A stretch of 64,000 nucleotides of DNA from the human T2T-CHM13v2.0 reference genome, Homo sapiens (GCF_009914755.1 NC_060929.1); one strand, 5' to 3'; counted from the first letter of the stretch, positions 1 through 15,232 are shown. The notes: a model not told the origin generated them from the sequence alone. Translations and numbers: made by a program.

Positions 1-1425
1 CTCAAAGCCAGCAAGCACCACATAAAGTGACGATTTTTAAGTACACTTAAAACTAGAGTATTGTTTTCTCATGATTGCGTTCAGTAAATTATGGGGGAGG
101 AAAGGTGTCGGGAGCTTTCTCGGCCCAGAAACGTGTAGTTACGCCTTGGGGATTAGGAAATAAAATGAATGCTGGTGATCTGGCCTCCAGGTGGAGGCGA
201 AGAGAGAGAGGAGGTGTTACATGTTTCTTTGCCAAGTGCTGGTTCTGACTTGCCAGGATCTTGCTGGAGTAGCTCCTGCTTTCCTGGGAAAGTCCAGCAT
301 CCAAATGGCACCAGCCAGATGTGAGAAAACCCTACAAGCTGCCCACAGCCCCTCCTCTGGCTGGGAACTGAAATGGCAAGTCCACCTGGCTTTGTAAAAA
401 CAAAGAGGTCCTTCTCTCTGCCTGTAGCTTTATGGGTTGGCAGGTCCGGAAAAGCCTCCCTTTGATCTTGAGCTTTGAAGGGATCAAACAAGCTGCTTTA
501 ATGGGCAGGAATGCAGCTCTGAAAATCCTACCTTTTGTCAGTAAAGCATTTCTCTTTTTCCTCCTGGGGCAGGTGCAATGGAGGATGTAGTCTGCTTTCC
601 AGGCCCTGAGCCAGATGTTCCTTCTTGCAACAAGTAGAACAAAGGAGCGAAAGTGAGATCAGGGCAGCCACTGACAAGGCCTTGTCCACAAATGAGCTTT
701 GCCAGGTTTGAGAGTTAGTTCTTGATGTGTTCCTTCCTGAAACCTGCTTTAACTACACTGCATTTTACAAAGGCCAGAAATCAGCTGCTTTGGTGTTAAC
801 TGTGCTGATCATGACTTCTCCAAGCTTTTAGATTTTGTTTGGAAGAAGGCTCACCTTTAAGCAATGGGATTTGGGCTAACATCCTTTGATTTATGAGATA
901 TGCTTTCCAACCCTTTACAGCCTAGGATCCCAGACTCCTTCTCAATGCCAAAACAGCCTTTAAATAACCACTTTTCTTCCCTTAGCCTATGCTGCTACTA
1001 TGACAGCAGAAATAGAAAAAAGAAAAATTGGATCATGTTTTTGTTTCATGAGGACCATTCCAACATCACTCTAAAGAGATGCTGTTAACATCTCACATCA
1101 GATAGAGAATACATTTCTCCAGCTTACCTGAAATAAGTAGATTCACCACATCCTCTAATACCTGAATAACTAGAACACTGCTCCCTTATAAAATGTTTTC
1201 TAGAAATTGCCTTAAATGCCTTTAGGGAAGAGATACTGGTGATTATGCCTCCAAATGATTCCATAACTATTCAAGCTGGCAGTTGAAGTTTTCTTGGTGA
1301 TTCTTATTTTCATTAAGCATCTTTTGAAACTGGATCCCCCAAGGTAGGTTCTGCAAATCCCTAGACCCAGGATATGTTCCTTGAAGAGAGTGCTCCGTGG
1401 CCAAAGTAATTAGCAAAACATTTGG

Positions 1426-1763
<338 letters not shown>

Positions 1764-2419
1764 TAGGGAAACATTTGAATACCACAGTTTTCTCTTGAAA
1801 TTCTCACTGTGCATTCAATATAAGTCTCCTAGAAGAGACTTGTTAAATACCATTTAACCTATGTTTTCCCAAATCACTTGGCCAGGGGGAATGTTTTGCC
1901 ACATAATGTTTAATATCCCTAGAACTAACTCTTGGGAAAACAGACTCTGATATATTTTTCCTTAGAGCACAATCATAGGATCTACCTGTAGCACTCTCTT
2001 AACAGATTTGCAGATTTGTTCCTAGGGACTGTGACTTGATAGATCAGAAGTGGGATCCAGGATTTTAAACAAGGACCCTAGGTGATTCTTATAGTGAGCT
2101 CAGTTTGAGAAATTCTGGCTTTCTATATACCTACCCTCTGCACTTCCTACCTGTCCCTCCCCCCACATACAAACACACAAATATATACATGCTAGTTATG
2201 AAAACACACCATAAAATATACAAACCCCTGAAGGTAACAGAGATAATTTCTTCTTGCAGAAAGGAGGCAGACATAATGTAGGCAAGTTGAAGCACACAAA
2301 GTGCACCTTCTTATTGCCAAGCCTTTAAGAATAATGAGCATATTAGCCTAAGAGAGTACAGAACAAGTCAGCCACACCAGATGCCCAGGAGGTGTCACAG
2401 GACAGTGGTGAAGCTTGCA

Positions 2420-2640
2420 GACCTAGAATGAGGTCCCCCCAACCCAGGTTTGTGACCCCTACTCTGCTGCTCTACATTTTCCAAGCCTCAATTTCTTCAT
2501 GTGCAAATCAGGAATGATTAAAAAAATAGTATTTCCCTTACATAAAGTATTATAAAGGGCTAAATGAGACAACACAAGGAAATTGTTTGGTATAACACCT
2601 GACATGTTGTGCTAAGCAATTTGCTTAATATTTGCTATTA
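2420..2640 (+). mobile_element. MIR SINE fragment
   Basis: MIR core-like AAGCCTCAATTTCTTCATGTGCAAAT...GGCTAAATGAGAC. Boundaries approximate. Confidence 0.55.
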
Positions 2641-3721
2641 TTTTTAAGCAAACATTTTAGGAGGCATGAAAATACATGAAAAAGGAAAAGTGAGGGTGGA
2701 GAGAGCCTGTCTTTGGATACTCAGAAAATCACCCAGCAGAAGTCTCTTCTGAGTAAAACACAAAATAGGACATGGCAAGCTTGCTTTTTGCCTTATCTCT
2801 GTTGCTATCAGTGGCTCCCAGACTCCTACAGTTTGAGTCGTTTAGCATTTCTGGATATTTCCCTTGTTCCCCATGCTTTTAAGCCTTCCGAGTTCCAGGC
2901 CACCAGCACCCAGGGCTCACCTCAACTTCCCCAGCAAACCAATGCAACGCAGCACAAAAAGGGTTACAGGCATGTTTCTAAACAAATAAGAACTGCCAAG
3001 GCTTGGTGCTGATATGAAATTATAATCAACCATTCACAGATTGGTAGTATTTATCATGTTGTTAGCATTGTAAATTTGTACCATTGTAGATAGGAGTCAC
3101 ACAGCTTGGGGCCCTGTACCTTCACCTATTGTTTTCCCCGTGTTATGATAAATTTCCAGCAACACTTGATTAAAACTGCCAATTTGTTGGGAATAAAGAG
3201 AATCTCTCGACACCACCAGGACTAATTACGTTGTCCTTGCCAAAGGGGTAGTTGAATAATTGCATGCGATTATTGCACAGGCATGGCGCTTTTCACATCA
3301 GTAGCAAAGCAATGAAGATTGATTCCCTTTAATTAATCATTCAAAAATAGCCCCCTTGTATCATTCCCCAAATAGGAGGGAGCATGTTCCTACATCTTTC
3401 TTCCAAAAGATGCCTGGATGCAATTGGTTCCCTGATGAGATATCAAAATGTGTGTGCCTGTCCGAGATAGGAGGACCTTCTCCGTAATTGATTGTGGAGC
3501 CTATTCAGATTCTTTATCCTCTGTTCTGAACTCTCTTTGTAATCTGAACAACCTGGAGCACATTTACATAGCTTTCATTAATTGTACTCTGGCTTCTCAT
3601 TAGAAAAGAAGGCAACAACTTTTATCAGATCCATATAGGCTTTATTTTACATATCTGCTAACATAATACATTGGGCTTACGTACTCTTAGTGTTTGGTAT
3701 GGAGAACCAAAGGCTTTATAG

Positions 3722-4166
<445 letters not shown>

Positions 4167-4193
4167 TTGTTTATGTTTCGAAAACCCTATGTC

Positions 4194-4481
4194 AGCCAGA
4201 TGCAGTGGCTCATACCTGTAATCTCAGCACTTGGGGAGGACAAGGCGGGTGGATCACGAGATCAGGAGATCAAGATCATCCTGGATAACACAGTGAAGCC
4301 CCTTCTCTACTTAAAAATTAGCCGGGCATACTGCCATGTACCTGTAGCCCCAGCTACTCAGGAGACTGAGGCGGGAGAATTGCTTGAACCTGGCAGGCAG
4401 AGGTTGCAGTGAGCTGAAATCACACCACCATACTCCACACAGCCTGCGCAACAGAGCAAGACTCTGTCTCAGAAAAAAAAA
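4194..4481 (+). mobile_element. Alu (AluSc/Y-like)
   Basis: Forward Alu with GGATCACGAGATCAGGAGATCAAG. TSD GAAAACCCTATGTC at 4180-4193 and 4482-4495. Confidence 0.92.
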
Positions 4482-4698
4482 GAAAACCCTATGTCTAGTT
4501 TCTCAACTCAGCCTTTTAAATATAAAGATACACTATAGTGATATCTTGAAATATTGCTTGTTTTTTTCACACACCCTTATCACCATGGTTGTTAAAAGTC
4601 TTTGCTTTGGAAAAAAAGATTTAATTAGCAATATTTATTGATGGTGTTCTGCAAAAGAATTGTCCTTGATGTTTTGTAGTGATGCTGAAGAAGGAGGA

Positions 4699-5083
4699 TG
4701 ATATGGTTTGGCTCTGTGTCCCCACCCAAATCTCATCTCAAATTGTAATCCCCACATGTCAAGGGAGGAACATGTAATCCTCACATGTTGAGGGAGGGAG
4801 GTGATTGGATCATGGGGGCAGTTTCCCCCATGCTGTTCTCGTGATAGTGAGTTCTCACCAGATCTGATAGTTTTATAAGCATCTGGCATTTCCCCTACTT
4901 GCACTTCTCTCTCCTGCTGCCTTGTGAAGAAGGTGCCTGCTTTCCTTTCATCTTCTGCCATGATTGTAAGTTTCATTGGACCTCCCCAAATATTTGGAAC
5001 TGTGAGTCAATTAAACCTCTTTCCTTATTAAATTATCCAGTCTCAGGCATTGCTTTATAGCAGTGTGAAAACAGACTAACACA
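4699..5083 (+). mobile_element. MaLR solo LTR (THE1D/MSTA-like)
   Basis: Starts TGATATGGTTTGGCTCTGTGTCCCCACCCAAATCTCATC and ends CAGACTAACACA. 5-bp TSD GAGGA at 4694-4698 and 5084-5088. Confidence 0.92.
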
Positions 5084-5781
5084 GAGGATTGTACTGCTAA
5101 TTGGGAGCAAAATTGTGATGTGCAAGATATCCACTATGGGCACATCTCCACTTTCCACACCTGGCTCTCACCATCTCATCTCTCTTCCGTCGTCAGAAAA
5201 TACCATATTAACACATTTTTATGTATACCAATTTTCAACATTTTAAGTCACTAGAGGAATAGAGCAAGTGTCCATCTCAGCATAGGCACCCCCTTCGTTT
5301 TTGCTCTGCACCTTTGTCTCTGAAGCTTTTTCTCCTTTTCATTTCACCTCTACCCTCCCCTACTCTGTGGACCAAAGCCCTTGCTCTGTGCCCTTGCTTG
5401 TATGGGGTTGTCTTTTTAGTAAATTTTAGAAACACTGAACTTGAGAGTATCTCAAAGAGCATCTATTCCAACTCGTTGAATATACAGATGAAAAAACTGA
5501 GGTCTCAGAAGAAGTGATCCCTCAGTGAATGTTCAACAGGGCAAAATAAAAGAAAGGAGAAAGAATTATGGGTCAGCTGAACCACAGCTTAGGATAAATA
5601 CTACAGGTTTTGAAGTCAGCCCTGTATAAAATCTCAATGCTGGCGCTAATGTGTATCCCTTGAACCTCAGCTTTTACATCAGACATAAAGACATGACAAC
5701 ATGTTCTTATAGAGTTATTGTAAGAATGAGAAGTCACACAGGTAAAGCAATGGGTGCCAAATAGATTCTTTTGAAAAGATA

Positions 5782-6187
<406 letters not shown>

Positions 6188-6669
6188 TTAAATGTTAAAA
6201 AGAACTGCAATTCATTAACCAAAAGCTTTCTTTATTTTCCTCCTAGGAGTTTATTTTTACTCTGGGATCAGTCAATAATAAAATGATCTAAGAAAAATCT
6301 TCACCATGGCTCTCTAAGCTTCTCCCTCATCATTCTTCCTCTCTCCTTCCATTTTTATACGCAGAGAACAGAGCTGGGTTGAGAAGACGAATATATAAAT
6401 TCAAGTCCCTGCAGCTCTGATCCCGTGGGAAGATGAATAGATGTTTGAGGCATCATTCAAAAAACTCCTAGAAGGAAGCTTCTGTTAACATGCCCCATCT
6501 TGCAGATACTTGGTAGAGATAGACAGAAGCTTAAATGATGGATCCCAGTGCTAGAGCCCTCTACCTTAGATGGGTCTTTGATTCACCAACTCACTGTAAA
6601 ACCATCTCCCGTCTTATCCATAAGCCGAGATCCTTCTCTTGACCGATGTTTCTCACTTGGCACTATACA

Positions 6670-6830
6670 TTAGTGATTCTCACATTTTTAATCTGCACCA
6701 TTTGGAGTTCTTGTTAAACTGCAGATTCTTATTCTGTAGTTCTGAGGTAGGGCCCAAGATTCTGCATTTCTAATGAAGTTTGCGGAGATGGCAATGCTAC
6801 TGATCTTTGTGCCATATGAGTGGCAAGGGT
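6670..6830. mobile_element. MER5A-like hAT-Charlie MITE
   Basis: TGCAGATTCTTATTCTGTAGTTCTGAGGTAGGGCCCAAGATTCTGCATTTCTAA resembles the MER5A core. Confidence 0.65.
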
Positions 6831-7598
6831 ATAGGTCATTGTTCCCTGGGTGCTGCTGTAGCACCCAAAACTTAAATGTCAGCCTCAGAACAGTTTTAAC
6901 TAATATGATCGCTACATCTCTCTAATTGGTTTATAGGAATAAACACACATTCTCATGTCAAATATATATATATGCACATACACACATATATATGTTTATT
7001 ATAATAATAATAAACATAATGATATGTTTATAATACAGATAGTTCACTATTTTATTTTCTTACATAATGATCCATACTCATAAGCATGGGGCAGTATATG
7101 GGAGGGGTGGAGGAGGTGTGGTTCATAAGACAGTGAGAAATTTTTCCCAAATCCTTCTCTGCCTTCCCCAGCAATCGTTTCTATTTCATTGCTGCTAAGT
7201 TTTCTCTCATCCCTGAACTAGTGGCTTCCCACTATGGTCCATCTACCCTGGGCCCAAGCCCCAAGGTAAGCTGCCAATGTCCATCAGCCACTTGTGCCTG
7301 GCCTTGTTCTCATAGGGTTGGCATGAGAACAAAATAGATTAGCATATGCAAAATGCTTAGAATAGTGCGTGGCAAAGAATAAATACATAGTTTTTAAAAA
7401 GTTGCAATTATTATTATTGCTGTTGTTCTTAGGACATGACTGTCTCCTCACTCCTTCCTCCCCACCAACCACCCTAACACTTTCACTAATCTGTTCACTA
7501 ACCTGCCCTATGTATGTGTGCCAAGGGCTATGTTCACAGTGCTTTCTTGGTGATCAACTGACCCAGAGTTGTGGATTCATGCCAAAAACTCCTCCCTG

Positions 7599-8392
<794 letters not shown>

Positions 8393-8569
8393 CTTGTAAT
8401 GTACAAAGAACTGCTAGCGATAGTATCTCCTCTTTTACATCATAGGAAGGTCACCAAGAGAAGATTCAAGATGATGCAGAAGGCAAGAGCCAGATTGTGG
8501 CAGGCTAGCAGGGCAGTCGTTTTTAAACAAGGATGACTCTACAATGTGATTCTGGCATCACTCCACAGA

Positions 8570-9150
8570 ACTACAACAAACCTATATTGAGCCCAACCTC
8601 TACTTGGCACTGGGTTTACAAACATTACTAACATGAAGCCTGCCTCTGAGTACTTTATAATCTTCTTGGGGAGACAAGTATTTTCTCATCCAAGTAAAAG
8701 CAGAATACAGTAAGTACTATGGGAGTGTGAAACAGGGAAGGATTCATTCTGACTTGGGAGAGTAGGGAAAGGCATGAAGGAATGTGTGACATTTGAAGAA
8801 GAGTAGAATGTTGACAGACAGTGATGAGGCCCTCCAGGCTGAGAGAATATCACCAGCAAAAGACCACAGACATGGAAGTGGAAGGATTACTGAGGAACTA
8901 CATAGATTGACAGATGCATGGGGGTCAGGGGGAATTGCAGGCAGGTGGGCAGGCAGGCTAGGTGAGACCAGATGATGGCCAGCCTGAGCCTGGAGGGCTC
9001 TTTACACAGCTTAGATTTCATTCCAGAGGTGATGGGGAAATATTAAGGTGTTTGAGCAGGCAACAGCTGTATTTTTTAGGAAGTCTGTATCAGTGGAGTG
9101 ATCAACTGAATAGGAAAACATGTTAGCGATAATTACAATCATATTCTAGG
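8570..9150 (-). mobile_element. L2 LINE 3' fragment
   Basis: Purine-rich degenerate sequence typical of the antisense L2 3' end. Boundaries approximate. Confidence 0.5.
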
Positions 9151-9173
9151 CAAAAAAAAAAAATGAAAATGGT

Positions 9174-9568
9174 TGTATTAGTCTGTGCTCGCATTGCTAT
9201 AAAGAAATACCTGAGATTAGTAATTTATAAAGAAATGAGGTTTCATTGGCTCACAGTTCTGCAGGTTGCAGAGGAGGCATGGCCACATTCACTTCTGGGG
9301 AATCCTAGGGGAGCTTACAACCATGGCAGAAGGTGAAGGGGGAGTGAGGCATTTCACATGGCAAGAGCAGGAGCAAGAGAGAGAGACGGGAGAGGCGCCA
9401 CACACTTTTAAGTGACCAGATCTCTTGAGAACTCACTTTCACAAGAAAAGCACCAAGAGGGAAATCCACCCCCATGATACAATCACCTCCCATCAGGCAC
9501 CACCTCCAACACTGGGGATTAAAATTTGACATGAGATTTGGGTGGGTACACAGATCCAAAACATATCA
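9174..9568 (-). mobile_element. MaLR solo LTR (MSTA/MSTB-like)
   Basis: TGTATTAGTCTGTGCTCGCATTGCTATAAAGAAATACCTGAG...CAGATCCAAAACATATCA. Near-TSD ATGGT/ATAGT. Confidence 0.9.
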
Positions 9569-9694
9569 ATAGTCTTTAGAATTATAATGACAGTAGGTAC
9601 TAACAGAGGAGTTGGATATGAGAATCCTAGCAGAAAGTCAAACCCCATGTAAAATACATGATTTAAAATCAAGCTAATGTATCCTTGAAATTCC

Positions 9695-10126
9695 TTACGT
9701 TCATCTGCTCAGACTGCCATAGCAATATACCACAGACTGGGTAGCATAAACAACAGAAATTTATTTTCCCACAGTTGTGAAGGCTGGAGGTCCAAGATCA
9801 GAGTGTCAGCAAGGAACAAGAGTTGGTTCCTTCTGAGACCTCTGTTCTTCATTGTAGTAATAGATGGCCATCTTCTCCCTGTGTCTTCACATAGTCCTTT
9901 TTTTTGGGTGTGTCCTAATCTCCTTCCTTTGTGTCTGTCTGTGTCCTAACCTCCTCTTCTTATAAGGACCCAAGTCAGATTGGATTAGGGCCCACCAATA
10001 TGCTCTCACTCTACCTTAATCACCTCTTTAAAGGCTCTATATCCATATCAGTCACATTCTGAAGTACTGGAGTTAGGGCTTCAATATATGAATGAGGGAG
10101 GGAGTGACACAATTCAGCACCTGACA
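9695..10126 (-). mobile_element. MaLR solo LTR (MLT1A/B-like)
   Basis: CCACAGACTGGGTAGCATAAACAACAGAAATTTATT...GTCCAAGATCAG...GTCACATTCTGAAGTACTGG. Confidence 0.8.
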
Positions 10127-10978
10127 CTCCTGTTTCAGTCCTCACATGTGCTGCACCCAATGCGCTGTGCGTATCCAGTCACATTAAGAACCCAGTCATG
10201 AATATGTGCCTTCAAATGCACATTCCGGGTTACAGCAACTGGGTTAGACCTCCCAGAGCAGCCCATATATTTCCATCAGGTCCCCCAAAAATAAAAATGG
10301 TGCAAGATAAAAATGGAAATAAGAACTTTTATATTAATGCATTTCTGAAATGGCAGTTTTTGATTCTCAAAGAGCCTTAGGTCAGGTGGGTCGGGGGCAG
10401 AGAGATTGGATTTGAGATCTAACGTGAGTGATGCTTCTATAGCCTGAGAAGTACCCATGGTCCCTCCTGTAGACAAGTCAGAGCAAACTGGACAGACTGG
10501 ATCCACCCTCCTTTCTGTTCTAGTTGTGCTTTTGTAGATTCAACCTTGATGAAACCCATTTTTACAAATGCTAGCTTTTTTTCTAAAGAAATGCAAATGT
10601 CTCTCTTCTTCACACATGCACACAGAAACACATGCACACACACACACGCATGCATGCACACACGCTACCACCATATACAATATCAAGAACCAGCCCGTCA
10701 CCTCTAACTAAATGTACGATTATGGGGCTCACTGCATTACCACGTTTTTAAGTCCTGAGGTAGCAACCACTGATAATCAATATTCTAGGTGTAATCTCAA
10801 ATTCTGTGCTGTTTTCCAAAAGTGCATTAACCTTTAAGGTTCACATTAGGCAGCATAAAGTTTCTTTTGATTTGTCAGTCACTACCACCCCTCGATCTCC
10901 TTCCACCTCCCTGTTTCCGATGGTTCCCCCACCTGAAAGGCCTGGACAATGCCATGCCGTGCTATAAAGAAAAATAAA

Positions 10979-11293
<315 letters not shown>

Positions 11294-13234
11294 CTAGCTT
11301 CCCAAATTGTCTCTTCTGGGAGCCTATTTATCAGAAGGCGCAATATAAAAGAGAGGAAGGGCTGTAGGTAGATATTATAAATTCCACTGGGGTTTCAGAA
11401 GTTGAACCATCTATTTTATTCTAGCAGGAGATGTTTTCTATATATCTGCTGATTGCACATTCATTCTTTAATCTTTATACATGAAAAGCTAAAAGCAGAA
11501 AGCTATGGACTAAAATTTTCTCTGTAAATTGTTGAACATTTGCAACAGATATAGAAAATCACAGTGTGAAAGCCGTTAAAGCTGTGAAAAAATAAATTGG
11601 AGGCGCCACAGGAAATGGAAGTTTTACATAAGGACCAGCAGCCAGCCAGAGTTTTCAAGTCCATTTTGTAATAAAGGAAATTATGATCCACATAAAGCCT
11701 ACTTTGGGAAATTTACATTTTGATGGATAATACGCTTATAACAATTAACATGAATTGTTTCCGGTTTACCTACGACATGCTTCTAATAGATAGTCCACAC
11801 GTGTCTTTAGCAGAATGTAACTGCTAATATTTGAAGTGCAGGAAATTCCTTGGTTCTCATTTAAAATACCGTAATGCTCTCCCTGCTCCAGGCAGGCGAA
11901 AATAAAATCTCAATTAAAGTAAAAGCAGGCATAGTTCCAGTTAAGCAATGATCATTTAGAGAATTAATGCAATAAAGCTTTTTCCATAAAGTGCATAGTC
12001 AGCATGGCGTGGGAGCAATCATGCCGGACTGGGATTCCAGTCCCCTGGACCCGGAATTGGCTGCTCTTTCACCAGGTTGTTCAATCTTGTACACATCACT
12101 TAATCTCTCTGGGCAACAACTTCCTTATGGATAAAAAATAATATTTTTAGCTATCATCTCTCAGACCTGATCTAGCTTTGGAACGCTGGGCTTTATGATC
12201 TAAAAAACCTGTGGAAATCCTTCTAGCATTGAGAAATAAAAGTATTCAAAGGAACTTAGTTTCACTATAATCTAAACTCAAGAAAATTAAAAAAATAGAA
12301 CAGTAACTAGGTAAGGAGATCACAGGCAGGCAGCACTGTGCCAAATCTGGTCTTTAACATTTTGTTTGACTAGCACAACATTTTTGTTAATAAATAAATA
12401 AATAACACTTTAGATATCCAGTGTCTCAGAAAATACATAGCTTGGTCCCTATCATTACAAACTTTATCAGGCATTTGAGCTTCTTAAATGATTTCTACTG
12501 CTCCCCTTTGCTTCAGACAAACATTTCCCTCCTCCCACATATCTGGGGATTAAGAGGGTTTTGCTACCTTCTAAGCACATTGGTGATGAGGCAAAAGGAA
12601 TGGAATCTTGTTGTTCCCTAGCTCTGCTGCAGAACTGACCTCATATCTTGTTCCATTTCTTTTTTACTCATCCGTTTTCCATTCCAGGTCTCTTTTCACT
12701 CCAATGCCGATATCTGAATGGAAAGGGTTGGGCAGACCTTCTAGGATTAATGAAAATGCCCAACAAATATTTGGCTCTTTACATCCCTCTGCTTATCTTC
12801 AGAGATTGGGAGAAGGGGAGGAAGGGAACTATTAAGTAAAAGCATTGACACACTGCTTAGAGCAGAAGAAATCAGAAAAAGAGTAAATGTACTCATCACG
12901 AATCCAACTGTCTACCAATGTGAGGGAAAACAAGAAGGCCTTAAAAACTAGTGAAAGTTGTTCTCAGGTTTTCCCATTCATTATCTTGTAGACTAAAAGA
13001 AAAACATAGATGTAGTGGAAAGAAAGCAGGGCCAACAATCAACACCTGAGTCCTCTCTGGTTCTTAGTGTCTATTTCTACAAATGAAGAAGCCAGCACTA
13101 CTTCACTGATTCTAAACCATGGCTGCATATTAGAAGGACCCAGGGAGATTTTAAAAATACAGAGGCTGGACCTTACCCAGAATCCCTGGAGAGAGGGCCC
13201 AGACAATTGTATAACTGACCTTTTTGTTCTTCTG

Positions 13235-13436
13235 TTTAGAAAATATATAAGCCAAAGTTCTAACCACTCGTTTGAGTTACTCATCTCTGAGCACTCCCAT
13301 GTGTATGTGTGATGCATGTGTTTATAAACTTCTGTTTGCATTTCTCTTGTTAATCTGTCTTTCGTTAGTCTAATTTATAAGGCCCCAGCCAGAGAGTGTA
13401 AGATGGGTAAAGGAAAAACATTTTTTTCTCTTGCAA
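13235..13436 (+). mobile_element. ERV1 LTR 3' fragment (MER34/LTR37-like)
   Basis: TATATAAGCC...TTTCTCTTGTTAATCTGTCTTTCGTTAGT. The same R/U5 motif occurs in the LTR at about 33755. Confidence 0.5.
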
Positions 13437-13539
13437 TATAAAGTAAGTATACTTATAAATGTGCACATATTTGTATATATGTTTAAAAGGATATATTTGC
13501 ATATATATCTTAAATCTTTTCACTAGAAAGTCAAGTGAG

Positions 13540-14328
13540 CAGTGACTTTCTGTTGGCACAAATCTTGGTTTCCAAACGTCACTCTGAATGTGCCAGAGCT
13601 CCTTGGAAAAATGGACAATTGTTGTACTGCAAGAGGAGCCTGAAGTATCTGATGGCACCAGAAGGTAAGGAAATGCTCAAAGAATAATGGAGACATATAT
13701 AACCCACTGGATTATAACCCATGGACTATAACCCAATTCTGCAACCAGTGGATTATAGCTCACAGAATAATAGGATTATTCACATAATAGAAATTTATGA
13801 GTCAACAGTGATACAAATAAAGAAAAAAAACACATAAGGAGAAAACTGTTCCTTATAACAGAGAGCTAGCTAATAAAAATAATGATAAATAGAAAGGAAA
13901 TAATGGCATTGAATAACATCTTTTGGCAACGATTATAGTAATATTATTTCAAGCAGGAAACATCAATGGATGTTATAACTAGTAGGAACAGGGAAGGATG
14001 AACATAATTTTACATGGTCTCAAAGTATCTACTCCAAAATATTTATTCATCCACATTTTTCAAAAACTAACTCACAGTAGAAAAACCTGGCAGACACTAT
14101 CCAAATCAAATGATAAATGTAAATAGCACTCAGTAATGGGGAAACAGGCCTCATGTGTTTCCCAAGAGGAGTTAAAGAGCACAAGCTCTGTGATATTCCA
14201 GCTAAAAATCTATCCAGGATCTAATCATAAGAATACATCACACAGTTCCAAACTGGGGGACATTCCATAAAATAACTGACCTATAATCTTCAAAAATGAG
14301 AAGAAAATGAAAATCAAAGGAAGACGGG
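13540..14328 (+). mobile_element. L1MC-type 3' end, left part (split by HERV-H)
   Basis: ATCTAATCATAAG...GACATTCCATAAAATAACTGACCTATAATCTTCAAAAATG aligns by eye with the L1MC copy at 36300-36400. The element continues after the provirus. Confidence 0.65.
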
Positions 14329-14788
14329 TTTCAGGCCTCTGAGCTTAAGCTAAGCCATCATATCCCCTGTGACCTGCACGTACACATCCAGATGGCCGGT
14401 TCCTGCCTTAACTGATGGCATTCCACCACAAAAGAAATGAAAATGGCCTGTACCTGCCTTAACTGATGACATTCCACCACAAAAGAAATGAAAATGGCCT
14501 GTCCCTGCCTTAACTGATGACATTATCTTGTGAAATTCCTTCTCCTGGCTCAGCCTGGCTCAAAAGCTCCCCTACTGAGCACCTTGTGACCCCCACACCT
14601 GCCCGACAGAGAACAACCCCCCTTTGACTGTAATTTTCCTTTACCCAAATCTTATAAAGCGGCCCCACCCCTATCTCCCTTTGCTGACTCTCTTTTCGGA
14701 CTCAGCCCACCCACACCCAGGTGATTAAAAAGCTTTATTGCTCACACAAAGCCTGTTTGGTGGTCTCTTCACATGGACGCACATGAAA
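14329..14788 (+). promoter_or_regulatory. HERV-H 5' LTR (LTR7 family), 460 bp
   Basis: T(T)TCAGGCCTCTGAG...CATGAAA, with the terminal TG mutated to TT. TATAAA at 14653-14658. Three CCTGCCTTAACTGATG(A/G)CATT motifs at 51-bp period (14402, 14453, 14504). Confidence 0.95.
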
Positions 14789-14790
14789 TT

Positions 14791-14805
14791 TGGTGCCGTG
14801 ACTCG
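14791..14805 (+). other. tRNA-His primer binding site (truncated)
   Basis: TGGTGCCGTGACTCG is the reverse complement of the last 15 nt of tRNA-His(GUG) including CCA. The expected following GAT is absent. Confidence 0.92.
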
Positions 14806-14888
14806 CTCTTTGCTCTGTGAAAAAGATCCACCTATGACCTCGGGTCCTCAGACCCACCAGCCCAAGGAACACCTCACCAATTTTAAAT

Positions 14889-14897
14889 CGGGTAAGC
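14889..14897 (+). promoter_or_regulatory. HERV-H major splice donor
   Basis: CGG|GTAAGC with GT at 14892-14893, at the usual HERV-H leader position. Confidence 0.8.
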
Positions 14898-15232
14898 GGC
14901 CTCTTCTTACTCTCTTCTCGAACCTCTCTCACTATCCCTCAACCACTTTCTCCTTTCAATCTTGGCACCACCTTTCAATCTCTCCCTTCTCTTAATTTCA
15001 ATTCCTTTCATTTTCTGGTAGAGACAAAGGAGACACGTTTTATTTGTGGACTCAAAACTCCAGCGCCGGTCACAGACTTGGGAAGGCAGCCTTCCCTTGG
15101 TGTTTAATCATTGCAGGGACACCTCTCTGATTATTCACCCATGTTTCAGAGGTGTCTGACCACATGGGGACGCCTGCCTTGGTCCTTCACCCTTAGAGGC
15201 AAGTACCGCTTTTCTAGGGGGCAAGAACCCCT

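Noticed and set aside
4744-4800. 29-bp tandem duplication inside the MaLR LTR
   Set aside because: I recall this duplication as a recurring THE1/MST variant, so it is probably inherited from the source element rather than locus-specific.
13698-13770. Short degenerate repeats (TATAACCCA..GGA)
   Set aside because: Three or four imperfect copies inside an old L1; ordinary slippage.
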